A DNA stretch of 64,000 nucleotides from positions 93,270 through 157,269 of the forward strand of contig NIVC01002605.1 of assembly GCA_002269645.1 (NCBI GenBank), given 5' to 3'. The first letter of the stretch is position 1. The number at the start of each line of letters is the position of its first letter. Origin of the DNA: Macrostomum lignano (Eukaryota). The notes below the pieces were generated by a model. The model was not told where the DNA came from and searched no databases. It was given only the letters and a program-made list of their open reading frames with translations. The position numbers and the translations under genes are program-made. Below are positions 26,101 through 38,100 of this stretch, piece by piece.

Positions 26101-29100
26101 TTTATGTGATTTTGAGGTGGTTTTGATGTGATTCTGGGGTGATTTTGATGTGACTCTGGGGTGATTTTGATGTAATTCTGGAGTGATTTTGATGTAATTC
26201 TGGAGTGATTTCGATGTAATTCTGAAGTTATTTTGATGTGACTCCGGGGTGATTTTGATGTGATTCTGGAGTGATTTTGATGCGATTCTGAGGTGACTTT
26301 GAGGTGATTCTGGGGTGATTTTGATGCGATTCTGAGGTGATTCTGAGGTGATTCTGGGGTGATTTTGATGTGATCCTGGAGTGATTTTGATGTGATTCTG
26401 GAGTGATTTTGATGTGATTCTGGAGTGATTTTGATGCGATTCTGGGGTGATTTTGATGTAATTCTGGAGTGATTTTGATGTGATTCTGGGGTGATTTTGA
26501 TGTGACTCTGGGGTGATTTTATCCGATTTTGGGGTGATTTTTATGTGATTTTGAGGTGGTTTTGATGTAATTCTGGGGTGATTTTGATGTGACTCTGGGG
26601 TGATTTTGATGTAATTCTGGAGTCATTTCGATGTAATTCTGAATTTATTTTGATGTGACTCTGGGATGATTTTGATGTGATTCTGGGGTGATTTTGATGT
26701 GACTCTGGGGTGATTTTATCCGATTTTGGGGTGATTTTTATGTGATTTTGAGGTGGTTTTGATGTGATTCTGGGGTGATTTTGATGTGACTCTGGGGTGA
26801 TTTTGATGTAATTCTGGAGTGATTTTGATGTAATTCTGGAGTGATTTCGATGTAATTCTGAAGTTATTTTGATGTGACTCCGGGGTGATTTTGATGTGAT
26901 TCTGGAGTGATTTTGATGCGATTCTGGAGTGATTTTGATGTGACTCTGGGGTGATTTTGATGTGATTCTGGAGTGATTTTGATGTGACTCTGGGGTGATT
27001 TTATCCGATTTTGGGGTGATTTTTATGTGATTTTGAGGTGGTTTTGATGTGACTCTGGGGTGATTTTGATGTAATTCTGGAGTGATTTTGATGTAATTCT
27101 GGAGTGATTTCGATGTAATTCTGAAGTTATTTTGATGTGACTCTGGGGTGGTTTTGATGTGATTCTGGAGTGATTTTGATGCGATTCTGGAGTGATTTTG
27201 ATGTGACTCTGGGGTGATTTTGATGTGATTCTGGAGTGATTTTGATGCGATTCTGTAGTGATTTTGATGTAATTCTGGATTGATTTCGATGTGATCCTGG
27301 GTTGAGGTGGGTGGGGTGTCCCGGGTGATACTCGAATCACAGTGCAAGTGCCATCTGTGGTACGCATTCTCTCACCCATATCAATAAAAAATGGCTCAAT
27401 GCCAAACTGCCGCTCCTCAACAGAGACAGTCAGTGGCAGCACGGAGCCAGGCTTGGCTGACTCAACAAACGGTCGGACAATTTTAGCCTCAAACGATTTG
27501 GCAGTGTACAGGCCGGCAGAGAGGCAGCAGGAGCGGAGCTGGGCGACCGCCTCAGAGAGCAGCCTGGTGGTCACTGACTGGTCAGCGGCTGGCAGGTTTA
27601 ATAGAAATATAATGATTAGGGCGGCTATAGGATGTAAGTAGACATCCTTTTACAGAACCTCTAAACCTTTCAAGTTCATATCTTCTATACATAGCGACTT
27701 TTCAAAGCTAGCATATTCTTCACTTTATTGCAAGTACGCCATTTTAAAAAGCACAATACACCTGCATTAAAAGTGAAGTGTCATTTCTATAGCGAAAAGT
27801 GCCATTTTCTAAGTAGATAGTGCCATTTTTAAAGTGGAAATCGTCACTTTCTAAGTGGAAAGCGCCATTTCCAAAGTGAAAATGCCATTTTCAAAGCAGA
27901 AAGCGCCATTTCCAAAGTAAAAAGTGCCATTTTCAAAGCAGAAAGCGCCATTTTCAAAGTGAAAAGCGCCATTTTCAAAGTGAAAAGCGCCATTTCCAAA
28001 GTGAAAAGCGCCATTTCCAACGTGAAAAGTGCCATTTTCAAAGCAGAAAGCGACATTTCCTAAGTAAAAAGTGCCATTTTCAAAGCAGAAGCGCAATTTC
28101 CAACGTGAAAAGTGCCATTTCCAAAGCAGAAAGCGCCATTTTCAAAGAGAAAAGTGCCATTTTCAAAGCAGAAAGCGACATTTCCTAAGTAAAAAGTGCC
28201 ATTTTCAAAGCAGAAAGCGCCATTTCCTAAGTGAAAGTGCCATTTCCAAAGCAGAAAGCGCCATTTTCAACGAGAAAAGTGCCATTTTTAAAGCAGAAAG
28301 CGCCATTTCCTAAGTAAAAAGTGCCATTTTCAAAGCAGAAAGCTCCATTTCCAAAGTGAAAATGCCATTTTCAAAGCAGAAGCGCAATTTCCAACGTGAA
28401 AAGTGTTATTTTCAAAGCAGAAAGCGCCATTTCCAAAGTGAAAATGCCATTTTCAAAGCAGAAGCGCAATTTCCAACGTGAAAAGTGCCATTTTCAAAGC
28501 AGAAGCGCAATTTCCAACGTGAAAAGTGTTATTTTCAAAGCAGAAAGCTCCATTTCCAAAGTGAAAATGCCATTTTCAAAGCAGAAGCGCAATTTCCAAC
28601 GTGAAAAGTGTTATTTTCAAAGCAGAAAGCGCCATTTCCAAAGTGAAAATGCCATTTTCAAAGCAGAAGCGCAATTTCCAACGTGAAAAGTGCCATTTTC
28701 AAAGCAGAAGCGCAATTTCCAACGTGAAAAGTGTTATTTTCAAAGCAGAAAGCGCCATTTCCAAAGTGAAAATGCCATTTCAAACTGTAAAGTGCTGATT
28801 CACATACGACAACACTCACCGTCCCCAAGCGGATCCAGGCAGGTCATCTGGTAGCCGTGCAGGAAGGCCAGCTCAGCTGGCAGCCGGTCAGCTTGCCGAC
28901 GCTGCCTAACGAAGGCCACCCAGACCAGGGCGGTGCGGGCGCTCACAGTCAGCCGGCCATCGTCTGTTGGCGCCGCCTTGGCCGCTTCGGTCAGCAGGTC
29001 GGCCATAGGCTTGGCCAGATGGGCCAACTGTTGGCCAAGATTTCTGGCTACAATCGGCAGCAGAGAGGCCGGCTGAGGACACCAGATCTCCGTGAACCGG

Positions 29101-32100
29101 TTGCGCAAAGCCGGTGATAGTTCCTTTTTGCCGAAATCGCCGCCAGGGTTCATTGTGGCCACTAGGCGAAATTCTGGCAAAGCTTTCAATACTTCGACTG
29201 TGTTGCCGCCGTCGCCGGTGCGAGAGCGCTCGGCCAGCACCAGCTCGCGCTCCGGCTCCAGCACGCTGTTCAGTCGCTCCAGCACCGAGTCGTCAGCTAA
29301 GGAGATCTCGTCAACTAGAAGGTCGGCGCCGCGGCGCATCGCCTGGACTAGGACTCCGTCGACCCATTCAAACATTGGAATGACCGGCTGCGATTGTTGC
29401 TCCTCCGAGGCTGAAATTTATTATAGTAGAGTAATTTTACTTCCAAAAACTATGCATGCTACTTACAACGAACCTAAGTAGTGTAACTAGTGCGTGTGCA
29501 GTAAAATCAAATGCGAAGCATAAATTTAGGTTAAACTCGTCTATCTTATCTCATATCAGCATACAATTTCAGAGACGAAATGAGGGGGATAGAGGGGGGT
29601 AGAGGGGAGAGAGACGGGATGAGAGATCGAAGAGAGGGGATAGATAACTGAGAAGAGACCTTGAGCGACCCCCCGACATTGGACCCATTTCATAATGAAC
29701 ACTCACCGTCAATCCGCCGCTCCCTGACAGGCCTCAGGCTGCCAAGAAAGTCAGCAGCCTCAGTATTCATGTGACAATTCAGTGTCAGCAGATCCTGGCG
29801 CCGCATTTCAGCCAGAGCTTGGCACACCGTAGTCTTGCCAACGCCTGTCGGTCCGATCAGCAGAGCCGGCTCGCCGAATTTCTGACAGTTGCCAAGCAGC
29901 ACGCACAGCCGGCGCAATTCGCGAGTCCAGGCCAGCTGTTGATGAGAAGCTTCATCATCACCAGCATCAGCATCATTAGCCAGAGCAGTGCGACAGTCTG
30001 TTAAAATCTGCTTACTAACTGGCGATGTTTTATCGTGCAAATCGAACAGTTCCGACTCGGATAGGCGACGTCGGAATACCGACTCCAGCACCGACTGAAC
30101 GTCGGCAGCGTCGGTTGGATCGCGGGCCCGACCGGCTAGGAGCAGGTAGCCCTGCTCAGCTAGGAACTGGTCCCAGTCGAACAGGGTCTGCTTTGAGTCT
30201 GCGAGTGAAGTAATGTTAATTTTGCTTTGAAGACCACATATTATAACGGGTGTCTAGTCAGGGACAGTGGCAGACGGTTGCAACTAACACAGATAAAACT
30301 ACAAGATGACACGGTACAAGTAGGCAAAAATTCATTAAAAAGTCGCCCAATCAATCTTTTTAAAACGTTTTATCGTTTGTAACTCTGAAACGACTCTGGA
30401 GACGTACGTAGAGTCGCGCTTCTGCGTCAATTTCATGAATCAGAATCGTATTTCGCATTTATAACAAACTCTATTTAGTCTACTTGACTTAGTAGACAGT
30501 TAAGCGCTAACAAAACGACTCTTGGACGAATTTTTTGCAACTCTCTTCTCTGTCGCATTACAACCGATTTGAGTTGTTAAAAAGTCACAAGAGTCACTAG
30601 AGAGTTGTAATTGCAATGACTTTAGCGATTCTTGTCATGGTAACGTTTTCAACTGGGTGATTTAGCTGTTTAGTCTGTACCCTGTCTCTGTATAATTTAT
30701 TAATTATTTTATTTATAGAATAGTCCCAAACAGACTACTGACGAGTAGAAAAACACGATATTGGAGGAAAAGTTCACAAAAAAAGAATCCAAACCTGGCA
30801 AAGTAAACAGCCGATGCCGCTCAGCCCATCGGAACAGATCCCTGAGCGTGACAAATCCGTCCTTGCCCTGGAATATCCCCGTCCGCTTGCGCCTCGCCTG
30901 CAGCTGGTGCATTGCTTCTACTAGTTTAGCGCAACGCGACAACGGCAAGTCGCAACGCCGCTGCAGTATGAGCTCCAGCTCCGGCCTGGGTATCGGTTGA
31001 AAATGCAGCTCAACAAATCGATTGCGCAGAGCTCTGGACAGTCGTTTCCGACCGCCGTACAGGCCGGGCGGATTCTGAGTAGCAAACAGCATGAAGTGAG
31101 GATGAGCTCGGATTGTGTCCTGAGTCTCAGCTACGAATAGCTCACGATTGTCGTCTAGAACTCGATTGAGAGCTTCGAGCACGTCGCTGGCCGCCAGGTT
31201 CAGTTCGTCTAGCACTATCCAGGAGCCGCGGCGCATCGCTTGCACGAGCGGGCCCTCCTGCAGGTGGAGGCCAAGGACTAGTTAGCAGAGGATAATTATC
31301 CTTAAGAGGATAGTTATAACTGGCAATATCTGTTGCTAGGGTGGTTTAGCAAAGGCATCCTAATGGCCTAATTTGATAGGGGTAGTTTAGCAAAGCCATC
31401 CTAAGGGCCTAATTTAATAGGGGTAGTTTAGCAAAGCCATCCTAATGGCCTAATTCGATAGGGGTAGTTTAGCAACAGCATCCTAATGGCCTAATTTGAT
31501 AGGGGTAGTTTAGCAACAGCATCCTAATGGCCTAATTTGATAGGGGTAGTTTAGCAACAGCATCCTAATGGCCTAATTTGATAGGGGTAGTTTAGCAACA
31601 GCATCCTAATGGCCTAATTTGATAGGGGTAGTTTAGCAAAGCCATCCTAATGGCCTAATTTGATAGGGGTAGTTTAGCAACAGCATCCTAATGGCCTAAT
31701 TTGATAGGGGTAGTTTAGCAACAGCATCCTAATGGCCTAATTTAATAGGGGTAGTTTAGCAAAGCCATCCTAATGGCCTAATTCGATAGGGGTAGTTTAG
31801 CAACAGCATCCTAATGGCCTAATTTGATAGGGGTAGTTTAGCAACAGCATCCTAATGGCCTAATTTGATAGGGGTAGCTTAGCAACAGCATCCTAATGGC
31901 CTAATTTGATAGGGGTAGTTTAGCAACAGCATCCTAATGGCCTAATTTGAGAGGGGTAGTTTAGCAACAGCATCCTAATGGCCTAATTTGATAGGGGTAG
32001 TTTAGCAACAGCATCCTAATGGCCTAATTTGATAGGGGTAGTTTAGCAACAGCATCCTAATGGCCTAATTTGAGAGGGGTAGTTTAGCAAAGCCATCCTA

Positions 32101-35100
32101 ATGGGCTAATTTGATAGAGGTAGTTTAGCAACAGCATCCTAATGGCCTAATTTGATAGGGGTAGTTTAGCAACAGCATCCTAATGTCCTAATTTGATGGG
32201 GTAGTTTAGTAACAGCATTCTAATGGCCTAATTTGATAGGGGTAGTTTAGTAACAGCATCCTAATGTCTAATTTGATGGGGTAGTTTAGTAACAGCATCC
32301 TAATGGTCTTATTTGATGGGGTAGTTTAGCAACAGCATCCTAATGGGCTAATTTGATAGGGGTAGTTTAGCAACAGCATCCTAATGTCCTAATTTGATGG
32401 GGTAGTTTAGTAACAGCATTCTAATGGCCTAATTTGATAGGGGTAGTTTAGTAACAGCATCCTAATGGCCTAATTTGATGGGGTAGTTTAGTAACAGCAT
32501 CCTAATGGTCTTATTTGATGGGGTAGTTTAGCAACAGCATCCTAATGGCCTAATTTGATGGGGTAGTTTAGCAACAGCATCCTAATGGTCTAGTTTGATG
32601 GGGTAGTTTAGCAACAGCATCCTAATAGCTCAATAGTCACACTGAATGTGATATCCTTAGCTATCACATACCAATAGCCAGACAGAGTAGGGCATCTTAA
32701 AACTTCCACATTCGAATAGCCACAGAGACCAACCTGAAACACGAGCCGGCCATCCCGGTCAGACGCATAGTTACCAACGTACTCAGCAATCTCGGTGTGC
32801 TCGTGATTATTAATCCGCAAGCACTCGTTGCCAGTCAGCTCGGCCAGGTAGCGGATTAGAGAAGTTTTACCTACGGAGGTTTCGCCTTGGATTAGCACGG
32901 GCAGACTGCCGGCTGACACGATCCGGGCTAAGCAACGGAGATTCTCTTTGATAGAGGCGGTCAGAACGTAGCGCGGCTGAGTGGCTGGCTGCAAAGGGCC
33001 GCGCCGGATCCAATAGTTCTCAACCAGGATGTAGCGACTGGCGCCGTCTTGGGTGCCGGCGTCGTCTATGGGCCTGGGCGGCGTCTGCGATGTTGAAAAA
33101 GAAAAGAAAAAGTCCGGTGATAATTTTAGATAACGAACGCTTGCCCTACTATTAGTAGGGGGGCAGAGCAGATCCCAAGTAAACGTGGGCGGAACCATAT
33201 TCATTTGGCCTGAGAAGGTTGTCATGCGCGATTCACAGCCATGAGGGCCCACCCTGAAGGCACACAGAGAGTGTACATGCCTGACGATGCCTCAGAGTGT
33301 ACATGCCTCACGTACACCCTGTGTGAGCGTGTGTATGAGTTCGTGCCTGCGTACAGTATTGGCGCGCTTGTACTGATTAGCACTGGTTGTGGGACGATAT
33401 CTATTGTGTGTATCTATTTGTATAATATGCTACTGTCAGTAGACTGTTAGAGAATTTTTATCAGTAAAATGATTTTGGCATTCTATAAATTTGTTATTTC
33501 ACCCACCGGTATGGGTTATAGTGAAATTACAAATGGAAGAATCTAGGGGTCCACTGAATGGCCTCGCCTTGAATAAGGGGTAGAGGTCCAGACTAAGGGT
33601 TAGAGGCTTACTGAAAAGCCCAGGCTAAGGTGGTAGAGGCTCACTGATAAGCCTAGGCTAAGGTGGTAGAGGCTCACTGATAAGCCTAGGCTAAGAGGGT
33701 AGAGGCTCACTGATAAGCCTAGGCTAAGGGGGTAGAGGCTCACTGATAAGCCTAGGCTAAGGTGGTAGAGGCTCACTGATAAGCCTAGGCTAAGGGGGTA
33801 GAGGCTCACTGATAAGCCTAGGCTAAGGTGGTAGAGGCTCACTGATAAGCCTAGGCTAAGGGGGTAGAGGCTCACTGATAAGCCTAGGCTAAGGGGGTAG
33901 AGGCTCACTGATAAGCCTAGGCTAAGGGGTAGAGGCTCACTGATAAGCCTAGGCTAAGGTGGTAGAGGCTCACTGATAAGCCCAGGCTAAGGGGGTAAAG
34001 GCTCACTGATAAGCCTAGGTTAAGGGGTAGAGGCTCCCTGATAAGCCTAGGCTAAGGGACATGGCGGCCCCAATTTCAACTCCTGCCAAGAGTTTGCAGC
34101 GGCCCGCCCGACAATATGTATTTTTTTGTTAGCAACCTGAAAGGTAGGCAGCTGCTGACAGCCGAGTATATCATTAGCAATCATTCGCTCGACGGCCAGA
34201 GCAGACGGCTTGTCCAGCTGGGCCAAGAAGGCGAAAGCAAAGCCTTCGTACAGCGATCGGGGCGCATTTCTATAGGCGTCGCGGCCGGCTTCGCGTAGGG
34301 CGCGGCAAAGGCTGCGAAGGCTGAAGTGCGGACGCAGGCCTGAAGCGTCGCAGAGCGTCGAGTCGGCGGCCAAGCGGACGCGCCGGTAGAATCGGACAAT
34401 GCCGGCCACCTGGGCGGCGCTGGGACTGAGGGCGGCCAGGTAGTGGCTGACCAGGTGAGCCAAATCAGTGTCGTCGTCAGGTTCGGCAAATGCCAGCTCA
34501 GTGAACCGGTTGCGGACACCTGCATGGGAAATTTATCTGTTATTGGGTACCTAGGCTAAGAAGCGTCCCAGCGACACTTGCGTCGCCCACTGTGTCAGTC
34601 GAAACAGGTAAAATAGGAAAGAGGTGAATCTAAGCAACGCCAATACGAGACGTCACGGTACAAATCGCTAAAAAGACGTCAAAGAGTCGCCTTAGAGCTA
34701 GTTAGTTTGAGGCGTTTTTGTCTGCGACTGTGAGACGCTTCTATAACGACTCTTGAGCCGTTAGAGTCGTATCTGAGGTGTTATAAACTCACGTGATGCA
34801 CTGGTGACTCAACGCCCCTGAGTCGCCCCAGAGTGGCTAGAGTCGTCAGTGAGTCTTTAGCGTCATTTTGGGTAACGTTTTCAGTGGGAATGCGTCGGGG
34901 ACTCGATTTGAAAGCGAGTTCAATTGAACGGTTTAAGCTAATCAAAATATAAAAGTATCAAATTAGCAATCATATCGCGATCAAACTATCAATCAGGTCA
35001 GGATCAAAGTATCACATTATCAACCAGATCGCGATCAAACTATCAATCAGATCAGATCAAAGTATCACATTATCAACCAGATCGCGATCAAACTATCAAT

Positions 35101-38100
35101 CAGATCAGATCAAAGTATCACATTATCAACCAGATCGCGATCAAACTATCAATCAGGTCAGGATCAAAGTATCACATTATCAACCAGATCGCGATCAAAC
35201 TATCAATCAGATCAGATCAAAGTATCACATTATCAACCAGATCGCGATCAAACTATCAATCAGATCAGATCAAAGTATCACATTATCAACCAGATCGCGA
35301 TCAAACTATCAATCAGATCAAAGTATCACATTATCAACCAGATCGCGATCAAACTATCAATCAGATCAGATCAAAGTATCACATTATCAACCAGATCGCG
35401 ATCAAACTATCAATCAGATCAGATCAAAGTATCACATTATCAACCAGATCGCGATCAAACTATCAATCAGATCAGATCAAAGTATCACATTATCAACCAG
35501 ATCGCGATCAAACTATCAATCAGATCAAAGTATCACATTATCAACCAGATCGCGATCAAACTATCAATCAGATCAAAGTATCACATTATCAACCAGATCG
35601 CGATCAAACTATCAATCAGATCAGATCAAAGTATCACATTATCAACCAGATCGCGATCAAACTATCAATCAGATCAAAGTATCACATTATCAACCAGATC
35701 GCGATCAAACTATCAATCAGGTCAGGATCAAAGTATCACATTATCAACCAGATCGCGATCAAACTATCAATCAGATCAGATCAAAGTATCACATTATCAA
35801 CCAGATCGCGATCAAACTATCAATCAGGTCAAAGTATCACATTATCAACCAGATCGCGATCAAACTATCAATCAGATCAAAGTATCACATTATCAACCAG
35901 ATCGCGATCAAACTATCAATCAGATCAAAGTATCACATTATCAACCAGATCGCGATCAAACTATCAATCAGATCAAAGTATCACATTATCAACCAGATCG
36001 CGATCAAACTATCAATCAGGTCAAAGTATCACATTATCAACCAGATCGCGATCAAACTATCAATCAGGTCAGGATCAAAGTATCTACCTTATCGAGATCA
36101 AATTAGCAAGCATGAAAAGAAGAGAGCGACACCCACCAATAGGCAGATTGTGTTTCCCAGCATCTGTGGCCGGGTTCATGCAGGCGAACAAGCGAAAGTC
36201 CGGATGCCTGGGCACCGGCTGCGAGTCGCCGCGCTCAGTCAGCACCAATGAGCCGTCCGGCCGGTCAAGCAAACCGGACAGGCACTCCAGCGTCTCGGGC
36301 GTGGCCAGATTGATCTCGTCCAGCAGCACCCAGTGGCCGGAGCGGATGGCCTCGACTAAGGCACCTTCGATGAAGCTGAACGAAGTTGCCTGGTTTGCTC
36401 CCTCGCTGCGATATTAATGTACGAGCGTAAAGTGCAACAAATGCTCAACATTGATGATGCATATGAAAACGCTTAAAACGACTGATAAACTTTAGCAATG
36501 ACCACTTAACAGACACACACTTCAGCAATGACCAATTCACAAAAAGACACATTTCAGCAAAATGCACTCACCAGGCGAGTAGTTGAGCTCTGAGCTGGGC
36601 TAGCCGATCCCGCAGTGTCAGCCAATCAGCGTTGCCAGGCAACCGGCGCAGGGCGCTAGCCAACGGCCGCTCCATCAGCTGCAACAGGTCGGACCAGCGG
36701 CCGCTGTGAAAGCAGAGCTGAACGTAGGTCAGAAATTTATCATTACTTCCGTCCGCATTGAACAGCTGGCCGAATAACAGTTCGAACTGTTCCCGAACTG
36801 GCTTTACTATCAGGCGAAGCTGCAGAGGCTTGTAGCCGCCAATGAGATCGGCCGGGTCAGTCTGCTGGCTCAAATTGATGACGCGGAGGCTGCGGCCCAG
36901 TCTGTTGGCCAGGTATTGGACGCAGGCGGACTTACCGCAGCCGGTTTCGCCTACAAGCAGTGCCGGCTCGCCTTGCCTGGAGTGGCATCGGTTTACAATT
37001 GCCAGGTGAGATCTAAACCTGGGATTAGGGTACTGATAGCTCGTACTATAGGATAACTAGATTGGGCCTGCCCGCCACCCTTAGGCTGATTTTGTTCGTC
37101 AAACGTTGACCTCTCTCCTTACTGCTCTCTCATTGGCTGAGCTAGATTGGGCCTGCGGAAACCCCTAGGCTGATTTTTGTTCGCCTAACTTTGACCTCTC
37201 TCCTTACTGCTCTCTCATTGGCTGAGCCAGACTGGGCCTGCCCTGGGCTGTGTTTCGTCTGTAACCTTGATCTCTCTCCTTACTGCTCTCTCATTGGCTG
37301 AGCCAGACTAGGCCTGCTCCCGGGCTGATTTTCGTTTGTCTAACCTTGATCTCTCTCCTTACTGCTCTCTCATTGGCTGAACTAGATTGGGCCTGTTCCC
37401 CTTCCCCCAAGACTCATTATTGCTTTGTCAGTTTTTACGTCAACTCACTTAGCGCACACGGCCAGCCGTTCCAGCAGGCTTGCTGTGCCCCGATTCAAAG
37501 CCAGACCGCCGCCGGCCTGCCGCTGCTTACTCGGCCGACTGTCCAGCCGCGGCAGTCGAGCCCGGCCAATTATTACGCTATTTGGCGTCTCGGCAACGTC
37601 CAAAGCGACGCCTTTCAAACGTTCGAGCGCCTCCTCGCGAGTGAGGCTGACCGCCTGGGCTAGTCGAAGAGCGCCAGCTTTGCGTTCGTCGAATTCGGCG
37701 CTGGCGGCTACGAAACAGTCGAGCGCCTCGTGAAACACCGCCCGAGCGTTGTACTCGACTGGCGCGGCTGGTCCGTCGTCTGGCGCTTGCGGATAGCGCC
37801 AGGCGGAGGCGGAGGCTTCTAGTCGGGAGCAGAATTTCAACAGATCCCGAGTAGTCACCAGGCGGCGATGCCGGGACTGCGGCGCGTCACGGTCGGCGGC
37901 TTGAAATAGGTCGAAAATTTCCAAGATTTTCGACGTCAATGGCGCCGCGTTTGGATAGTTAAGCTGAATGATCTGGCGGGGGTAACGGGTGAGGCAACTT
38001 ATTACAGTAGGATAGGATAGATCAGGTAGAGGCATGGATAGAATAGAATTCAGTTTGGATAAAGGTGGATTTTATTAGAACACAGGGACGATGAATTGAG

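Noticed and set aside
31340-36082. Regular 41-bp, 36-bp and 48-bp arrays as CRISPR-like repeats
   Set aside because: No unique spacers, no cas genes, and a eukaryotic intronic context.
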